Assembly: GCA_001189215.1 (NCBI GenBank)
Contig: LFCR01000002.1
Location: 10,677-74,676 of the forward strand
Length of the DNA stretch: 64,000 bases
Direction of reading: 5' to 3'
Source: Parcubacteria bacterium C7867-008
GTDB lineage: Bacteria; Patescibacteriota; Minisyncoccia; Phycocordibacterales; Phycocordibacteraceae
Shown: piece by piece, positions 29,526-39,853 of the stretch
Layout: the number at the start of each line of letters is the position of its first letter
How positions within the stretch are numbered: position 1 is the stretch's first letter
The notes under the pieces: generated by a model
What the model saw: only the letters and a program-made list of their open reading frames with translations
What the model was told of the DNA's origin: nothing
Database searches by the model: none
Translations under genes and position numbers: made by a program

Positions 29526-29948
29526 CTATGACTTTCTATCCATTGCCTTGTTAGCAAGTTCATCTGCATCTTTGTTCTTCTCGCGTGGAACATGTTCGAA
29601 ATGCACCGTACCGAAGTTACGAGCAAGAACATTCTTCACTGAAAGGTACCGAGGAATAAGATTTGGGTGTTTCACTTTGTATGCACCCTTCAACTGTTCA
29701 ATAACGAGTTTACTGTCCATGCGAATTCGCAGTGACATGTGTTGAAAATATCCATCAGGATAGTGCTCGTGTAGTTTCACGAGACCACGCAGTACTGCTT
29801 CGTACTCAGCAACGTTATTCGTTGCAGTTCCAAGATAGTCAGCAACTTCCACTACCCTTTTGCCAGCGGTATCAAAGACTACTGCACCCGCACCTGCATG
29901 ACCTGGGTTACCGCGTGACCCACCATCTGCGTATAGCGTAAATTCCAT
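29526..29948 (-). CDS. rnhA: ribonuclease HI
   Basis: LYADGGSRGNPGHAGAGAVVF...NNVAEYEAVLRGL... Confidence 0.85.
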   Translation of the reverse strand: MEFTLYADGGSRGNPGHAGAGAVVFDTAGKRVVEVADYLGTATNNVAEYEAVLRGLVKLHEHYPDGYFQHMSLRIRMDSKLVIEQLKGAYKVKHPNLIPRYLSVKNVLARNFGTVHFEHVPREKNKDADELANKAMDRKS

Positions 29949-29957
29949 GAAACCAGT

Positions 29958-31712
29958 TTACCCTATCGAAACGAGCCGCATACGCACCGGCTGACCACGG
30001 GTATAGGTGTCTCGTTCAAGAGTACCGAGTATGGTAGCTGGCTTCCCTGTTACTAAGCGCTCATGGTCCTTACCGAGCTCTCTTCGCGCAAAGAATGTTA
30101 TTGCTTCAATCTCCGTGCAATTGAATCCGTCATCGCGTGTAACACGAACGCGAAGATGTTCTTCCCCCTTTCCGAACCATGAAACCTGCGTAACCACACA
30201 ATCCTGTAACGCAAATACTGGTTTAGGATTCTCCATACCAAAGGGTGCAAGCTTCTCCGTTCGAATGAGTAGTGTAGAAAGTTCGTCAGCTGCAGTGATG
30301 GCATGATCTGCTAGTGAGACGCTATCTGTTAGAGATATCGGGGACAGTGTTGCATATGCGGTACATAGTCGCTCTTCAAACGTAAACACTGCATCATCCT
30401 TGAGTGTGAAACCACCTGACGCTGCATGACCTCCTGCCTCTACGAATATATCTTCTGCACGTGCCATAAGTTCCACAACAGACACTCCTTTACGTCCTGC
30501 ACGACAAGAACCCTTTGCGGTCGTGGAACCTTCACGACCCCAAAGAAAGACTGGTCGCTCATATTCCTCGGCTAGTGAGTTCGCTACCAAACCAAGGAGT
30601 CCTGGACGCCAGTCCGGATCACCCATAGCAATCACGGGAGGGAGCTCACCATTATTCTCTTCCTTCTTACGTTCAAGACGTTCACGTGCTGCTCGTGTAA
30701 CTGCCGCGCCTGATGCTTTACGACTTCTGTTCACTTTCTCAAGTCCTTTTGCGAGTTCGTCGGCACGTACTTCATCAGTGGTGGTAAATAATTCAAACGC
30801 ATCACGAGGATCTCCCATGCGTGATGCTGCATTCACTCGTGGAGCAATCATAAAACCAACATCGTCTTCTGTTATAAATCGTTGATTCACGCGAGCAACA
30901 GTGCAGAGTTTTTGTAACCCAATTCGTGGAGACTTGCGCATCACCAGTAGTCCATATTTTGCGATCACACGATTCTCTCCCGTAAGCGGAACCATATCTG
31001 CAATGGTTGAGAGTCCTGCCATATCAAGAAGCCATTTCTCCCATCCAACAGGAATGGCATCACGCCCTTTGAAACCGGTAGCCAGAACAGCACATACGAG
31101 TTTCCATGCGAGACCTCCTCCACAAAAATCACGATAGATATTTGTTTCTCCTTCTTGCTTAGGATCTATCACCGCATACGCAGGAGGAAGTTCTTCGGTA
31201 CCATCTTGGTTTCGTCGTGGAAGGTGATGGTCTGTGACAATAACATCAATACCGAGAGACTGCGCGAACGCAACGTGCTCAACATCAGCGATACCACAAT
31301 CCACCGTGATGATGAGTGTCGTACCCTCATCTTTAAGTTTCTGTATTCCAATCTGATTGAGACCAAATCCTTCGAGGTGTCGATGAGGAATATAGTTAGT
31401 AAAGTTTGCACCAGCCTTCTTAAAGAAGTCGTGCATGAGTGTACCCCCAGGTATACCGTCGCAATCATAATCACTCCACACCGTAATACGTTCCTGATTA
31501 TCAATTGCCTTAGCAATACGCGTTGCTGCACGAGACATATTGAGAATATGCATTGGGTCTCCAATATGTGCATCGTAGTTAGGAGAGAGAAATGCTTCAG
31601 CAGCTTCAGGTGTCTCTATACCACGTCTAGAAAGTAGCCCGGCAGTAAAGTCGTCATAGGCGCCAAGCGCATCTCGCACCGCACCCTCTAGGGACTTATG
31701 GAAAGATGGCAT
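29958..31712 (-). CDS. recJ: single-stranded-DNA-specific exonuclease RecJ
   Basis: DHH motifs (DYDCDGIPG, ITVDCGI, VTDHH), DHHA1 and C-terminal OB region. Confidence 0.9.
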   Translation of the reverse strand: MPSFHKSLEGAVRDALGAYDDFTAGLLSRRGIETPEAAEAFLSPNYDAHIGDPMHILNMSRAATRIAKAIDNQERITVWSDYDCDGIPGGTLMHDFFKKAGANFTNYIPHRHLEGFGLNQIGIQKLKDEGTTLIITVDCGIADVEHVAFAQSLGIDVIVTDHHLPRRNQDGTEELPPAYAVIDPKQEGETNIYRDFCGGGLAWKLVCAVLATGFKGRDAIPVGWEKWLLDMAGLSTIADMVPLTGENRVIAKYGLLVMRKSPRIGLQKLCTVARVNQRFITEDDVGFMIAPRVNAASRMGDPRDAFELFTTTDEVRADELAKGLEKVNRSRKASGAAVTRAARERLERKKEENNGELPPVIAMGDPDWRPGLLGLVANSLAEEYERPVFLWGREGSTTAKGSCRAGRKGVSVVELMARAEDIFVEAGGHAASGGFTLKDDAVFTFEERLCTAYATLSPISLTDSVSLADHAITAADELSTLLIRTEKLAPFGMENPKPVFALQDCVVTQVSWFGKGEEHLRVRVTRDDGFNCTEIEAITFFARRELGKDHERLVTGKPATILGTLERDTYTRGQPVRMRLVSIG

Positions 31713-31752
31713 CGTCTGCACAGTGTACCAAAACGCGGTATCATTCACGCAT

Positions 31753-32166
31753 ATGGAAGAAACTATTTTCATGAAAATTATTAAACGTGAGATTCCTGCG
31801 GAAATCGTCTATGAGGATGAACTCACTCTAGCGTTCCTTGATATTGCGCCAAATAACCCGGGCCACACACTTGTTGTTCCCAAGAAAGCCACACAGAACG
31901 TATTCGACGTGGACTCAGCAACGTGGGCAGCAGTGCTAGAAACAGTACGAAAGATTGCTCCAGCAGTGCGTGATGGCGCTGGTGCCACTGGCGTTAACAT
32001 CCAATCGAACCACGGCGTAGACGCAGGGCAAGAGGTGTTTCATCTACACATTCACATCATTCCTCGCTTCACGAAGAAAGAGTTTCAGTTCTGGCCAAAG
32101 ATTGAGTATGGTCCGGGCGAAGCATCAGCTGTGGCAGATAAGATTCGTGCCAACATCAGTACTTAG
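31753..32166 (+). CDS. HIT family (histidine triad) protein
   Basis: PNNPGHTLVVPK ... HLHIHIIPR. Confidence 0.85.
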   Translation: MEETIFMKIIKREIPAEIVYEDELTLAFLDIAPNNPGHTLVVPKKATQNVFDVDSATWAAVLETVRKIAPAVRDGAGATGVNIQSNHGVDAGQEVFHLHIHIIPRFTKKEFQFWPKIEYGPGEASAVADKIRANIST

Positions 32167-33299
32167 CCAAGTACTTCAATTCCTGGGAGAGTTCCCTTTG
32201 CAAGAAAGTCCAACATTGCTCCACCACCCGTAGAAATAAAAGAGAACCGATCACTAAGTCCCAATTTCTCTACGGCAGCAACCGTATCACCTCCTCCTAG
32301 AATTGAGTACGCATCAGATTGTGCGATTACTTTTGCGAGCTCTTCAGTAGCATCAACAAATCCTTTCTCATAGTTACCGAGCGGTCCGTTCCAGAGAATA
32401 GTCTTTGCACCCACTGCAATCTTTGCAAGTGCCGCTACCGTCTTTGGTCCATCATCAAGTATGGCTTCGTTCTTTGGTACCTCGTTAAGTCCAACGACAT
32501 GTCCACTACTACGTGTTGATCCTGGCTCGGCAGTTATCTCATCAAGGGGGAGCATGAGACGCGGATTCGTAAGGAGTGAACGTATTTCACGTTCATCTGC
32601 ATCTGCTGAAAGAAGCGAAGACCCTACCGTCTTACCACTCACGCGCATAAAATCATTTGCGAGTGCTCCACCCACAAATACACGGTCATATCTCTCTAGA
32701 AGACGAACTAGTACTGGTTCCTTTGTGGCAAACTTAGCCCCTCCAATGATCGCAAGCGAAGGAGATCCTGGTGTTAGTGCTTTTTCTAGGTGTTTTACTT
32801 CCTCTTCTACTAATAAACCTGCATAGGATGGAAGTAGTTCTGGTACCCCAACCACCGACGCGTGTTCACGATGACAGACATCAAAGGCGTCTTCTACAAA
32901 CACATCGGCAAGTTCAGCAAGTGCTACTGCAAACTTTGGATCATTCTTAGTTTCTCCTACACTTCGACGGAGGTTCTCCATCATCAACACGTCACCTGGA
33001 TTCATGGCGCGAACTGCAGCTCGTGCTTCAGGCCCCGTGGAAACCGGACAAAACGAAAGACGCGGCACAAATGCTTTCATTGCCTCACATACTGGTTCGA
33101 GCGTTTCAGTTCCTTTCTCTCCCAGATGACCAATTAGTATCACTCGTGCATGACGTGATCGAAGGTATTCAATGGTAGGAATGGCACTACGGAGGCGAAA
33201 GGTATTAGCTACCTTGCCATCTGCAATCGGTACATTTAATGCAGCACGTACCAGCACAGGAATATTAGTTAGTTCAGGGATGTCTCGGACACTTCTCAT
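32163..33299 (-). CDS. pgk: phosphoglycerate kinase
   Basis: RVILIGHLG...; C-terminal GGGDTVAAV...STGGGAMLDFL. Confidence 0.9.
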   Translation of the reverse strand: MRSVRDIPELTNIPVLVRAALNVPIADGKVANTFRLRSAIPTIEYLRSRHARVILIGHLGEKGTETLEPVCEAMKAFVPRLSFCPVSTGPEARAAVRAMNPGDVLMMENLRRSVGETKNDPKFAVALAELADVFVEDAFDVCHREHASVVGVPELLPSYAGLLVEEEVKHLEKALTPGSPSLAIIGGAKFATKEPVLVRLLERYDRVFVGGALANDFMRVSGKTVGSSLLSADADEREIRSLLTNPRLMLPLDEITAEPGSTRSSGHVVGLNEVPKNEAILDDGPKTVAALAKIAVGAKTILWNGPLGNYEKGFVDATEELAKVIAQSDAYSILGGGDTVAAVEKLGLSDRFSFISTGGGAMLDFLAKGTLPGIEVLG

Positions 33300-33307
33300 A
33301 TGTATGC

Positions 33308-33550
33308 ATGATACCCCACGACGGTACGCTATACTTTCCTTATATGGATCCTGTACTTGAAGCACGACTTACCACTCTTGAACAAAAGATTGATGCGGTG
33401 TATGTGTCTACAGAAAAGACTCGGAAGTATTTCATGTGGACCATGATTATCTCCATTGTGTTGTTTGTTCTTCCTCTTATTGGCGCAGCGTTGCTAGTTC
33501 CAACTTTCCTCAGCAGTTACACCAGCAGCATTGACGCACTTACACTCTAG
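33308..33550 (+). CDS. hypothetical small membrane protein
   Basis: ORF with one TM helix; weak. Confidence 0.3.
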   Translation: MIPHDGTLYFPYMDPVLEARLTTLEQKIDAVYVSTEKTRKYFMWTMIISIVLFVLPLIGAALLVPTFLSSYTSSIDALTL

Positions 33551-34264
33551 TTATTTCTTCAATTGTTTCGAGACATCTTCGAACCATAGTTCGTATCCTT
33601 CAGAAGAAGGGTGGAGCCCATCTGCTGCTAGGTATATTTTTGGGCTGGCACTAATAGTTTTTGTTGTTGGTAAAATACCAAAGTTTATATATTCACCAAT
33701 TCCAGCACGCGCTACTGCAGCAATAAACTCTCTGTGATGTTCATTATTCAAGTACGTGTGTATCCATCTGACCGGGGGAGGAAATAGCGTTGCACCACCC
33801 ACATCACCTGCTGAAATAATAATGACCTGTTCTGCTTGGGGAAGCTGCCTCAATGCAGCTTCAAGTTGTATCCCAGACTTCTTAGGATCATGGAATTGAA
33901 TGATGTCGTTCCCACCAATCTGAATAAGAATCAAATCGTAATGAGTCAGCTGTGCCTGCGCAATCTGTCCCGGAAGATCTGCGGTCAGTGCACCAGATTT
34001 TGCATTATTCTCTACATACGTCATGTCCGCATACGTACTGAGACGACCAGCGAGTGATTCCTCTGGGTGTGTAGCACCAACACCTACGGCCGTACTGTCA
34101 CCAAGAATAAGAAACGTTTTTGTGTGATCCTCTGAACGCAACTGGAATGATACTGCGTTATGAATAAGTTTCTTTGAAACTTGCACGGTCATATAAAAGT
34201 GCACTGCCCACGCAGCAACACTAATAACAATAAGTACCAGGAGTACAAGTAGGATGAGTTTCAT
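33551..34264 (-). CDS. SGNH/GDSL-family hydrolase, membrane anchored
   Basis: ILGDSTAVG ... GGNDI ... DGLHPS blocks. Confidence 0.8.
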   Translation of the reverse strand: MKLILLVLLVLIVISVAAWAVHFYMTVQVSKKLIHNAVSFQLRSEDHTKTFLILGDSTAVGVGATHPEESLAGRLSTYADMTYVENNAKSGALTADLPGQIAQAQLTHYDLILIQIGGNDIIQFHDPKKSGIQLEAALRQLPQAEQVIIISAGDVGGATLFPPPVRWIHTYLNNEHHREFIAAVARAGIGEYINFGILPTTKTISASPKIYLAADGLHPSSEGYELWFEDVSKQLKK

Positions 34265-34268
34265 CCGC

Positions 34269-35003
34269 CTATGATACCGCTTTTATGAGTGAGGTTAAAT
34301 TCTGAACGTCAGTACTTGCTCTCCCTACTAGAAACCCGTCTATACCACTTCCTGCAGCAAGAGAACGTGCATTTCCTGCTTCAACAGAACCACCGTATAG
34401 CACTTGATTAACGGATGGATATTCACCAAGTACTTTTCGTATATACAGAATCATCTCACTAAGATCTTCTGGTGTGATCACACCTGTTGCTTGTGGACCA
34501 ATTGCCCATACTGGCTCATACGCAATGATGACTTGAGTTCGTTCTTTAGCAGAAAGTGCACTGAAGACAGCCGTGATTTGCGCTCGTATGAATTGGAGAT
34601 ATTGAGCATCTGCATCTCGTTCATGCTCCCCTACGCAGAGTATAGGGGTCATACCGTGTGCGAGTACGTGCTGGGTCTTTGAACGAACCACATCGTCATT
34701 CTCACCACGAGCGCGACGCTCTGAATGTCCAACAATCACGTACCGCGCACCGAGTGCCTGTGCAGCTGCAGCAGTAATCTCACCCGTTGCAGCACCTCCG
34801 GTAGAGTCTGAAATATCCTGTAGTGCAAAAGCAACTTTTGATCGATTACCGGGAGCGAGCAATCCAAGATACGGAGCAGATGGGGCTAGTACGATACGAA
34901 TACCCTTACGTCCTGCAACACGCTTTGCTGCAGCAAATAGTGCCTTTGCTTTTTGAGGAGATTCAATATACGCCTTCCAGTTACCTACGAATAGCATACG
35001 CAT
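34269..35003 (-). CDS. tpiA: triosephosphate isomerase
   Basis: FVGNWK ... VIVGHSERR ... AYEPVWAIG ... YGGSV. Confidence 0.9.
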   Translation of the reverse strand: MRMLFVGNWKAYIESPQKAKALFAAAKRVAGRKGIRIVLAPSAPYLGLLAPGNRSKVAFALQDISDSTGGAATGEITAAAAQALGARYVIVGHSERRARGENDDVVRSKTQHVLAHGMTPILCVGEHERDADAQYLQFIRAQITAVFSALSAKERTQVIIAYEPVWAIGPQATGVITPEDLSEMILYIRKVLGEYPSVNQVLYGGSVEAGNARSLAAGSGIDGFLVGRASTDVQNLTSLIKAVS

Positions 35004-35021
35004 AATCGTAGCATGCGACCT

Positions 35022-36488
35022 CTATTCCTCGTGCCAGTCGACAAACTTATAAATACTAGAGGTTATTGGCGTAAATGGAGGAGGGTTAGTAGACAGGGCA
35101 CGATCAAAGGCATCAATACGTGAGGCGTAGCCAGATAGTCTTGTACCACTACAGCCAAATCCTGAATAAGACCACAGGGTGTCGCTGCGTTTATTAGCAA
35201 CCGTGGTGCCATGAATGGAGAGCGCTCCACGAATATCATTCGGTGCATTACTGCATGGATACAAGTTTCTTCCAAACGAACCGGATTGTGCAATGAAGAC
35301 ACCAGTGAGAGTCATGTTAAAGGGAGAGTTTGGCGGGATGAGAACGTCATTGGAAGCAATGGCGGTAAGTCCTGACGTACCACTTGGATTACTGTAGGTT
35401 ATGTTGTTTGGAAGATAGATGTTTGGATTAACACCTGGTGTGGTTACATTTGCGGCAATCACCGTTACAGAAGTTGGGATCGCTCCCTCGATCCAGGTAT
35501 TATCTTCAACAAAGATAAGACCGCAGTCGGTAGAAAGTGTATAGGTATTTACCAATGTTTCAGTGGCAATACGTGAGTAGTCTGCCTGGAGTGAGGTAAC
35601 ACTTGGATTACTGATTGGTATAGAGGGTGTGTTGGTTTCGTTTGTCACACGATATACCGTTACTGTTCCTCCACTGTTGAACACGAGGTGGTACCCCTTC
35701 CCTGCATTAACACCGGTAGTACCTGTACTGGTGCGCGGGAAATATAATGCACCCCCTCCAGCAAGTGCGAGTGTCTTGAGACTGGTGAAGTCTGCAGCAA
35801 TTGCGGCAAAGTCTACTTGCGGTGTTGGGTAACTCCAATACTCAGGGTGTGGGCCCGTTCCGAACACACCCGGTTTGACTACTGATGGCGAACACCCAAA
35901 ACTTGCAGTACAACTCCACGTTGAAAGTGAACTACTGACGGATGAGTTTGCTACTCCATCGAGACGCACACCTCCGTTGGTGTGATACGGACCATTAATG
36001 ATGCGCTCATCGCTTGCCCAGTCACTACTGTTGAGAACATATGAATACTCAGCGACTGTTGGCTGTGCATATTTTGCATATACCGTACGTGACACATTTG
36101 AACCATCATTGGGTGAACCTGTTGAGGTTATATCGATAGACCTAATCTGACCACATGACATATGCCCTGCAATACCAAGTGTTATGGTGCCAGTCGTACC
36201 ACCTTCTGGATCAGTGAATGGAAGACTATACGGTCCTGGTGCACCAGTACCGTTCTGAAGATCTGTTGGGAAGTGCGCAAGATGCCATCGGTAATACTCG
36301 AGACCCGCTTCTGCCATAGCGAGCGCTTTACTGCGACCCGTACTTGCAGACTGTGCGTGATTCTCAGTCAGTACAAAGCTTGAGAGTGAACCTAGCACCG
36401 TAAGGAAAATTGAACCGAAGACGAGTGCAAGCAGCATGAGGTACCCTCCACGAGGATGTCCATGAAGATAAGATGTGGTTCGTTTCAT
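35022..36488 (-). CDS. membrane-anchored hypothetical protein in pseudopilin cluster (PilX-like by position only)
   Basis: N-terminal TM, Ser/Thr/Gly-rich extracellular body; no prepilin motif. Confidence 0.45.
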   Translation of the reverse strand: MKRTTSYLHGHPRGGYLMLLALVFGSIFLTVLGSLSSFVLTENHAQSASTGRSKALAMAEAGLEYYRWHLAHFPTDLQNGTGAPGPYSLPFTDPEGGTTGTITLGIAGHMSCGQIRSIDITSTGSPNDGSNVSRTVYAKYAQPTVAEYSYVLNSSDWASDERIINGPYHTNGGVRLDGVANSSVSSSLSTWSCTASFGCSPSVVKPGVFGTGPHPEYWSYPTPQVDFAAIAADFTSLKTLALAGGGALYFPRTSTGTTGVNAGKGYHLVFNSGGTVTVYRVTNETNTPSIPISNPSVTSLQADYSRIATETLVNTYTLSTDCGLIFVEDNTWIEGAIPTSVTVIAANVTTPGVNPNIYLPNNITYSNPSGTSGLTAIASNDVLIPPNSPFNMTLTGVFIAQSGSFGRNLYPCSNAPNDIRGALSIHGTTVANKRSDTLWSYSGFGCSGTRLSGYASRIDAFDRALSTNPPPFTPITSSIYKFVDWHEE

Positions 36489-36489
36489 A

Positions 36490-37092
36490 CTAGTTGCGAA
36501 GATTACGAAGCGTTACTGTTTCCGAAAGATTGAATGTATTCGGTGCACGATTCGGGTTGAGATCGATCCATATAGATATTGTAACCGCTGATACCGCTGC
36601 AACATTGGTCGAAGTAGCGGAAAGCGGCACACCAGAATCATCATAGTACGTAAAGATTGGACTGGACGTTGCATTACGTACGTACACAGCAACTGTCGTC
36701 GTTGCTTCAGGGCGTCCTGCATAGGAAGGCGGCGTACCCGCAGAATCCGTCACTCCACGGTACAGCGTTCCATTTGAAAGATAGTAGCGGACCTTTTCAA
36801 CCGAATTGTCATTATCAAGATCACTGAAGAATGTCAGAGACGACGTTGCTGCAGCACTAATTGGATACGTCCCATCATTACCGTATGATGCCTCACGAAT
36901 TGAATGGATGGCGTCCAGCACAGAGCGACGTGCATTATCAAGCGCAGCAGTCTGCTCAAGTAGAAATGCATTCTTCTGGTAGAAGAATTGCATCATGCCA
37001 CTGAGTGCGACACCAATACTAGTAAGCAGTGCAAGCACCACCATGGTCTCTACCAGTGAAAGACCTTTAGAATTTTTAGATCGAGTCTGCAT
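36490..37092 (-). CDS. type IV pilin-like protein (minor pilin or pseudopilin)
   Basis: MQTRSKNSKG/LSLVETMVVLALL prepilin motif with Glu at +5. Confidence 0.7.
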   Translation of the reverse strand: MQTRSKNSKGLSLVETMVVLALLTSIGVALSGMMQFFYQKNAFLLEQTAALDNARRSVLDAIHSIREASYGNDGTYPISAAATSSLTFFSDLDNDNSVEKVRYYLSNGTLYRGVTDSAGTPPSYAGRPEATTTVAVYVRNATSSPIFTYYDDSGVPLSATSTNVAAVSAVTISIWIDLNPNRAPNTFNLSETVTLRNLRN

Positions 37093-38791
37093 AGAAAGTA
37101 TGGCCCAGGATATTTACTCCTGATGTATTGGTAGAGCTATATCCCGGCTTGCTGCTTTGAATAGTGTACGCAGACGATGCAGTGATAGAACCGAAGTATG
37201 CTCCACCGCACGCACTCGTTGTAACGGTCTCCGTAAATCCGGGGCGTGAGAGTATTACCGTTGCTCCTGATACGGCAGCTCCCGCTGAATCACGCACAGA
37301 TACAAGCAATGAGTTGGTGCTTGCAGGACCAAGATACAATGCTGTCTCACTCGTGGTATTTGGTGAAATAGTATAGGGTGGCGCGTTACAAGCATCGATA
37401 GTGTCGTACCCAGACACACCAAGCTGGTATGCATCCCACTCAAGTGACAGAGTATTACTACCACCTGAACCAGTAGTGGTGGCGATCGTTGTTTTATATA
37501 TGGAGACTCCTGTTCCTGTTGAGCCAATCGTCTTTCCCCCAAAGAGCATGAAGTCTACATTTGGTACAGGAACTGGCCCTCGCTGATAAGCAATACCCCA
37601 GTCTTGCAACTCTGGTGTTGCAAGTACATCGGTAGTTGTTAGATCAACTATCAGTGAAAGTGACGGATATGTTGTGGTTGAAACTACGGAGAGATCAACG
37701 GGCGCAGTAAATCCAACCGCATTACCCGGAAGTACTGCATCAGGAAGAATCGTTCCCGTGCCATCTGCAACATGCACCACTGCCGACGTTCCTGCAGGCA
37801 GAACAGTGGTGGAACTCGCTGAAGACCATGCGTACAAATACGGAGGACTGAGTGGTGTCATGAGCACACTGCCACTTGGGCTGTACCCTGGACCACTAGT
37901 GCTTAGGACCACAGAACCTCCAGATAGTACTGTATTGGTGAAAGTAGTAATGCCTGCAGCTACCGAGAACGTATCAGCATATGAACTTGTTGCGACTGGC
38001 GTATATGTGCGGACCGTGAGATGAGAAAGTATATCGATAGCAAATGTACTGGTCGTGGTCATATCCTTTGTAACCGTGAGATATCCTGGTGTTGGATTCT
38101 GGTTGGTCGCGTCACGCAAATAGGTTTGCGCTGAAGAATAGCCAGATTTAGAAACATACACCTGATACTGCGTAGAAGTGGCAGCACCCGGAAGATACAC
38201 AATACCGTCCACATCTGAGAATGTGGTCAGATCCACTGTTGGAGAAGTGCTTGCGTTAACGATGCGTACCGAAGCGCCAGACAGAGGTGCACTTATGGCG
38301 TTCACTATAACAAGTCTGAGCGTACCTCCACCGGTACTAGTCTCCATACCCAGAGGACTGTAGTTAGAAATCATATCAACCGTGCGACTCCTTCCTCCTG
38401 CGATATAGGTAACCGTTACCTTGATACGTTTATAGTCTGTGATGATGCCATTAGTATCAGCACCAGCAAGACCATCTCCAGGATCATCTTCATACGCAAT
38501 GAATGTGCGAACACCATATGCAGTTCCATTACTCGTTGTTGTGGAGTATTGCGGTACGGTACCTGCAGGAATACCGCCAACCGTTCCAACCGAGCTGTAG
38601 CTTAGTGAACGCACATATTCAATCTGACTATCTGCAACTGCCGTTGCAATAGCTTTTGCTTTCGTTAGTTGTGCCACTGAAACAGATGCACGAAGTAAGC
38701 CGAAGAGCGCAAGAAATATAATGAGCACGAGTGCCGTACCGACAATCACGTCGACGAATGACATTCCGCGCATCGGACGGTTCATATGCAC
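37076..38791 (-). CDS. large pseudopilin-like protein with carboxypeptidase-regulatory-like beta-sandwich repeats
   Basis: MRG/MSFVDVIVGTALVLII prepilin-type N-terminus (Asp at +5); GASVRIVNA...VDGIVYL and GATVILSRPG... repeats. Confidence 0.6.
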   Translation of the reverse strand: MHMNRPMRGMSFVDVIVGTALVLIIFLALFGLLRASVSVAQLTKAKAIATAVADSQIEYVRSLSYSSVGTVGGIPAGTVPQYSTTTSNGTAYGVRTFIAYEDDPGDGLAGADTNGIITDYKRIKVTVTYIAGGRSRTVDMISNYSPLGMETSTGGGTLRLVIVNAISAPLSGASVRIVNASTSPTVDLTTFSDVDGIVYLPGAATSTQYQVYVSKSGYSSAQTYLRDATNQNPTPGYLTVTKDMTTTSTFAIDILSHLTVRTYTPVATSSYADTFSVAAGITTFTNTVLSGGSVVLSTSGPGYSPSGSVLMTPLSPPYLYAWSSASSTTVLPAGTSAVVHVADGTGTILPDAVLPGNAVGFTAPVDLSVVSTTTYPSLSLIVDLTTTDVLATPELQDWGIAYQRGPVPVPNVDFMLFGGKTIGSTGTGVSIYKTTIATTTGSGGSNTLSLEWDAYQLGVSGYDTIDACNAPPYTISPNTTSETALYLGPASTNSLLVSVRDSAGAAVSGATVILSRPGFTETVTTSACGGAYFGSITASSAYTIQSSKPGYSSTNTSGVNILGHTFYADSI

Positions 38792-38816
38792 CTATGATAC
38801 CGCGCCGACGCTTGAA

Positions 38817-39437
38817 TTACGTAAGTTCAAAACGGAACATCCGTTCAAGAACATCAATACTTCCTGGAATAAGATTGAAGAGCATGGGGAAGACGTAGAA
38901 GAAGATGCTTCCACCAATAAAGAATGGCGCACACAATATACCGAGAATATAAGAAACGGGAGTAAGTGTCATACGGATATGCGCCTGCTTCAAGAACCGT
39001 GATGAAAGTTCATGATGTAGCTCAGGACGCTTTAGCACATGTAGGAACATAGCTTTCGCTAACAGACTCACTATTAAGATAGTGAAGCCGTAAATGATTG
39101 CAGCTACAGAACTGTATGGGTGTTCACCAACCATATGCGCAACAAATGGAATGAAGACTACAAACAACAGGTAGAGGAGATTGAGAAGATTCAGTCCACG
39201 ATCAACTTTCTTTGTAAGGGTGTGAAATAGATAGTTGTGGTTGATCCAGAACACACTGATAACCAGGAAGCTCAGTGCAAAGCTGGCAAACAACGGCCAC
39301 AACTCAGCCAATTGCATGAGTAGCTCTTGATTGCTTATTTCACCAGCAAATTCCGGTAGCTTTATATCAATAACAAGTATGGTGAGAACGATTGCAAAGA
39401 CGCCGTCACTCAGAAATTCAACGCGTGTTTTATCCAT
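38817..39437 (-). CDS. DUF1211/TMEM175-family membrane protein (putative K+ channel)
   Basis: RVEFLSDGVFAIVLTILVIDIK and second repeat. Confidence 0.7.
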   Translation of the reverse strand: MDKTRVEFLSDGVFAIVLTILVIDIKLPEFAGEISNQELLMQLAELWPLFASFALSFLVISVFWINHNYLFHTLTKKVDRGLNLLNLLYLLFVVFIPFVAHMVGEHPYSSVAAIIYGFTILIVSLLAKAMFLHVLKRPELHHELSSRFLKQAHIRMTLTPVSYILGILCAPFFIGGSIFFYVFPMLFNLIPGSIDVLERMFRFELT

Positions 39438-39498
39438 ACCGGAAGCATAGCAGATAGAGTTCATGGCTTATACTTGCCCTATCAATAACTATATTTGT

Positions 39499-39849
39499 AT
39501 GTTCAAAGGACTTCGCTCAGTAATATATCCGTCCACAGACTTAGAGGCAGACAAGAAATTCTGGGAAGAGGTTACGGGAATAAAACCTTATTTTGATCAA
39601 CCGTATTACGTTGGTTTCGATATTAATGGATCAGAATTAGGTCTTGATCCAAACGCCTCAAAAGAAGGTCTAACCTACCCTGTTACGTATTGGCGCGTAG
39701 TAGATACGAAAGTCGCATCAGAAAAGATCCTAGCGAGCGGTGCATCTATTAACTCAGAAGCTAAAGATGTTGGTGGTGGCATGATGATGGCTACCTTTAA
39801 AGATAAGGCAGGCAATATATTCGGTATCATCGAACACGGTTCAGAATAA
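39499..39849 (+). CDS. VOC (glyoxalase/bleomycin-resistance fold) family protein
   Basis: about 117-aa beta-alpha-beta fold pattern, ...GNIFGIIEH. Confidence 0.65.
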   Translation: MFKGLRSVIYPSTDLEADKKFWEEVTGIKPYFDQPYYVGFDINGSELGLDPNASKEGLTYPVTYWRVVDTKVASEKILASGASINSEAKDVGGGMMMATFKDKAGNIFGIIEHGSE

Positions 39850-39853
39850 AAAA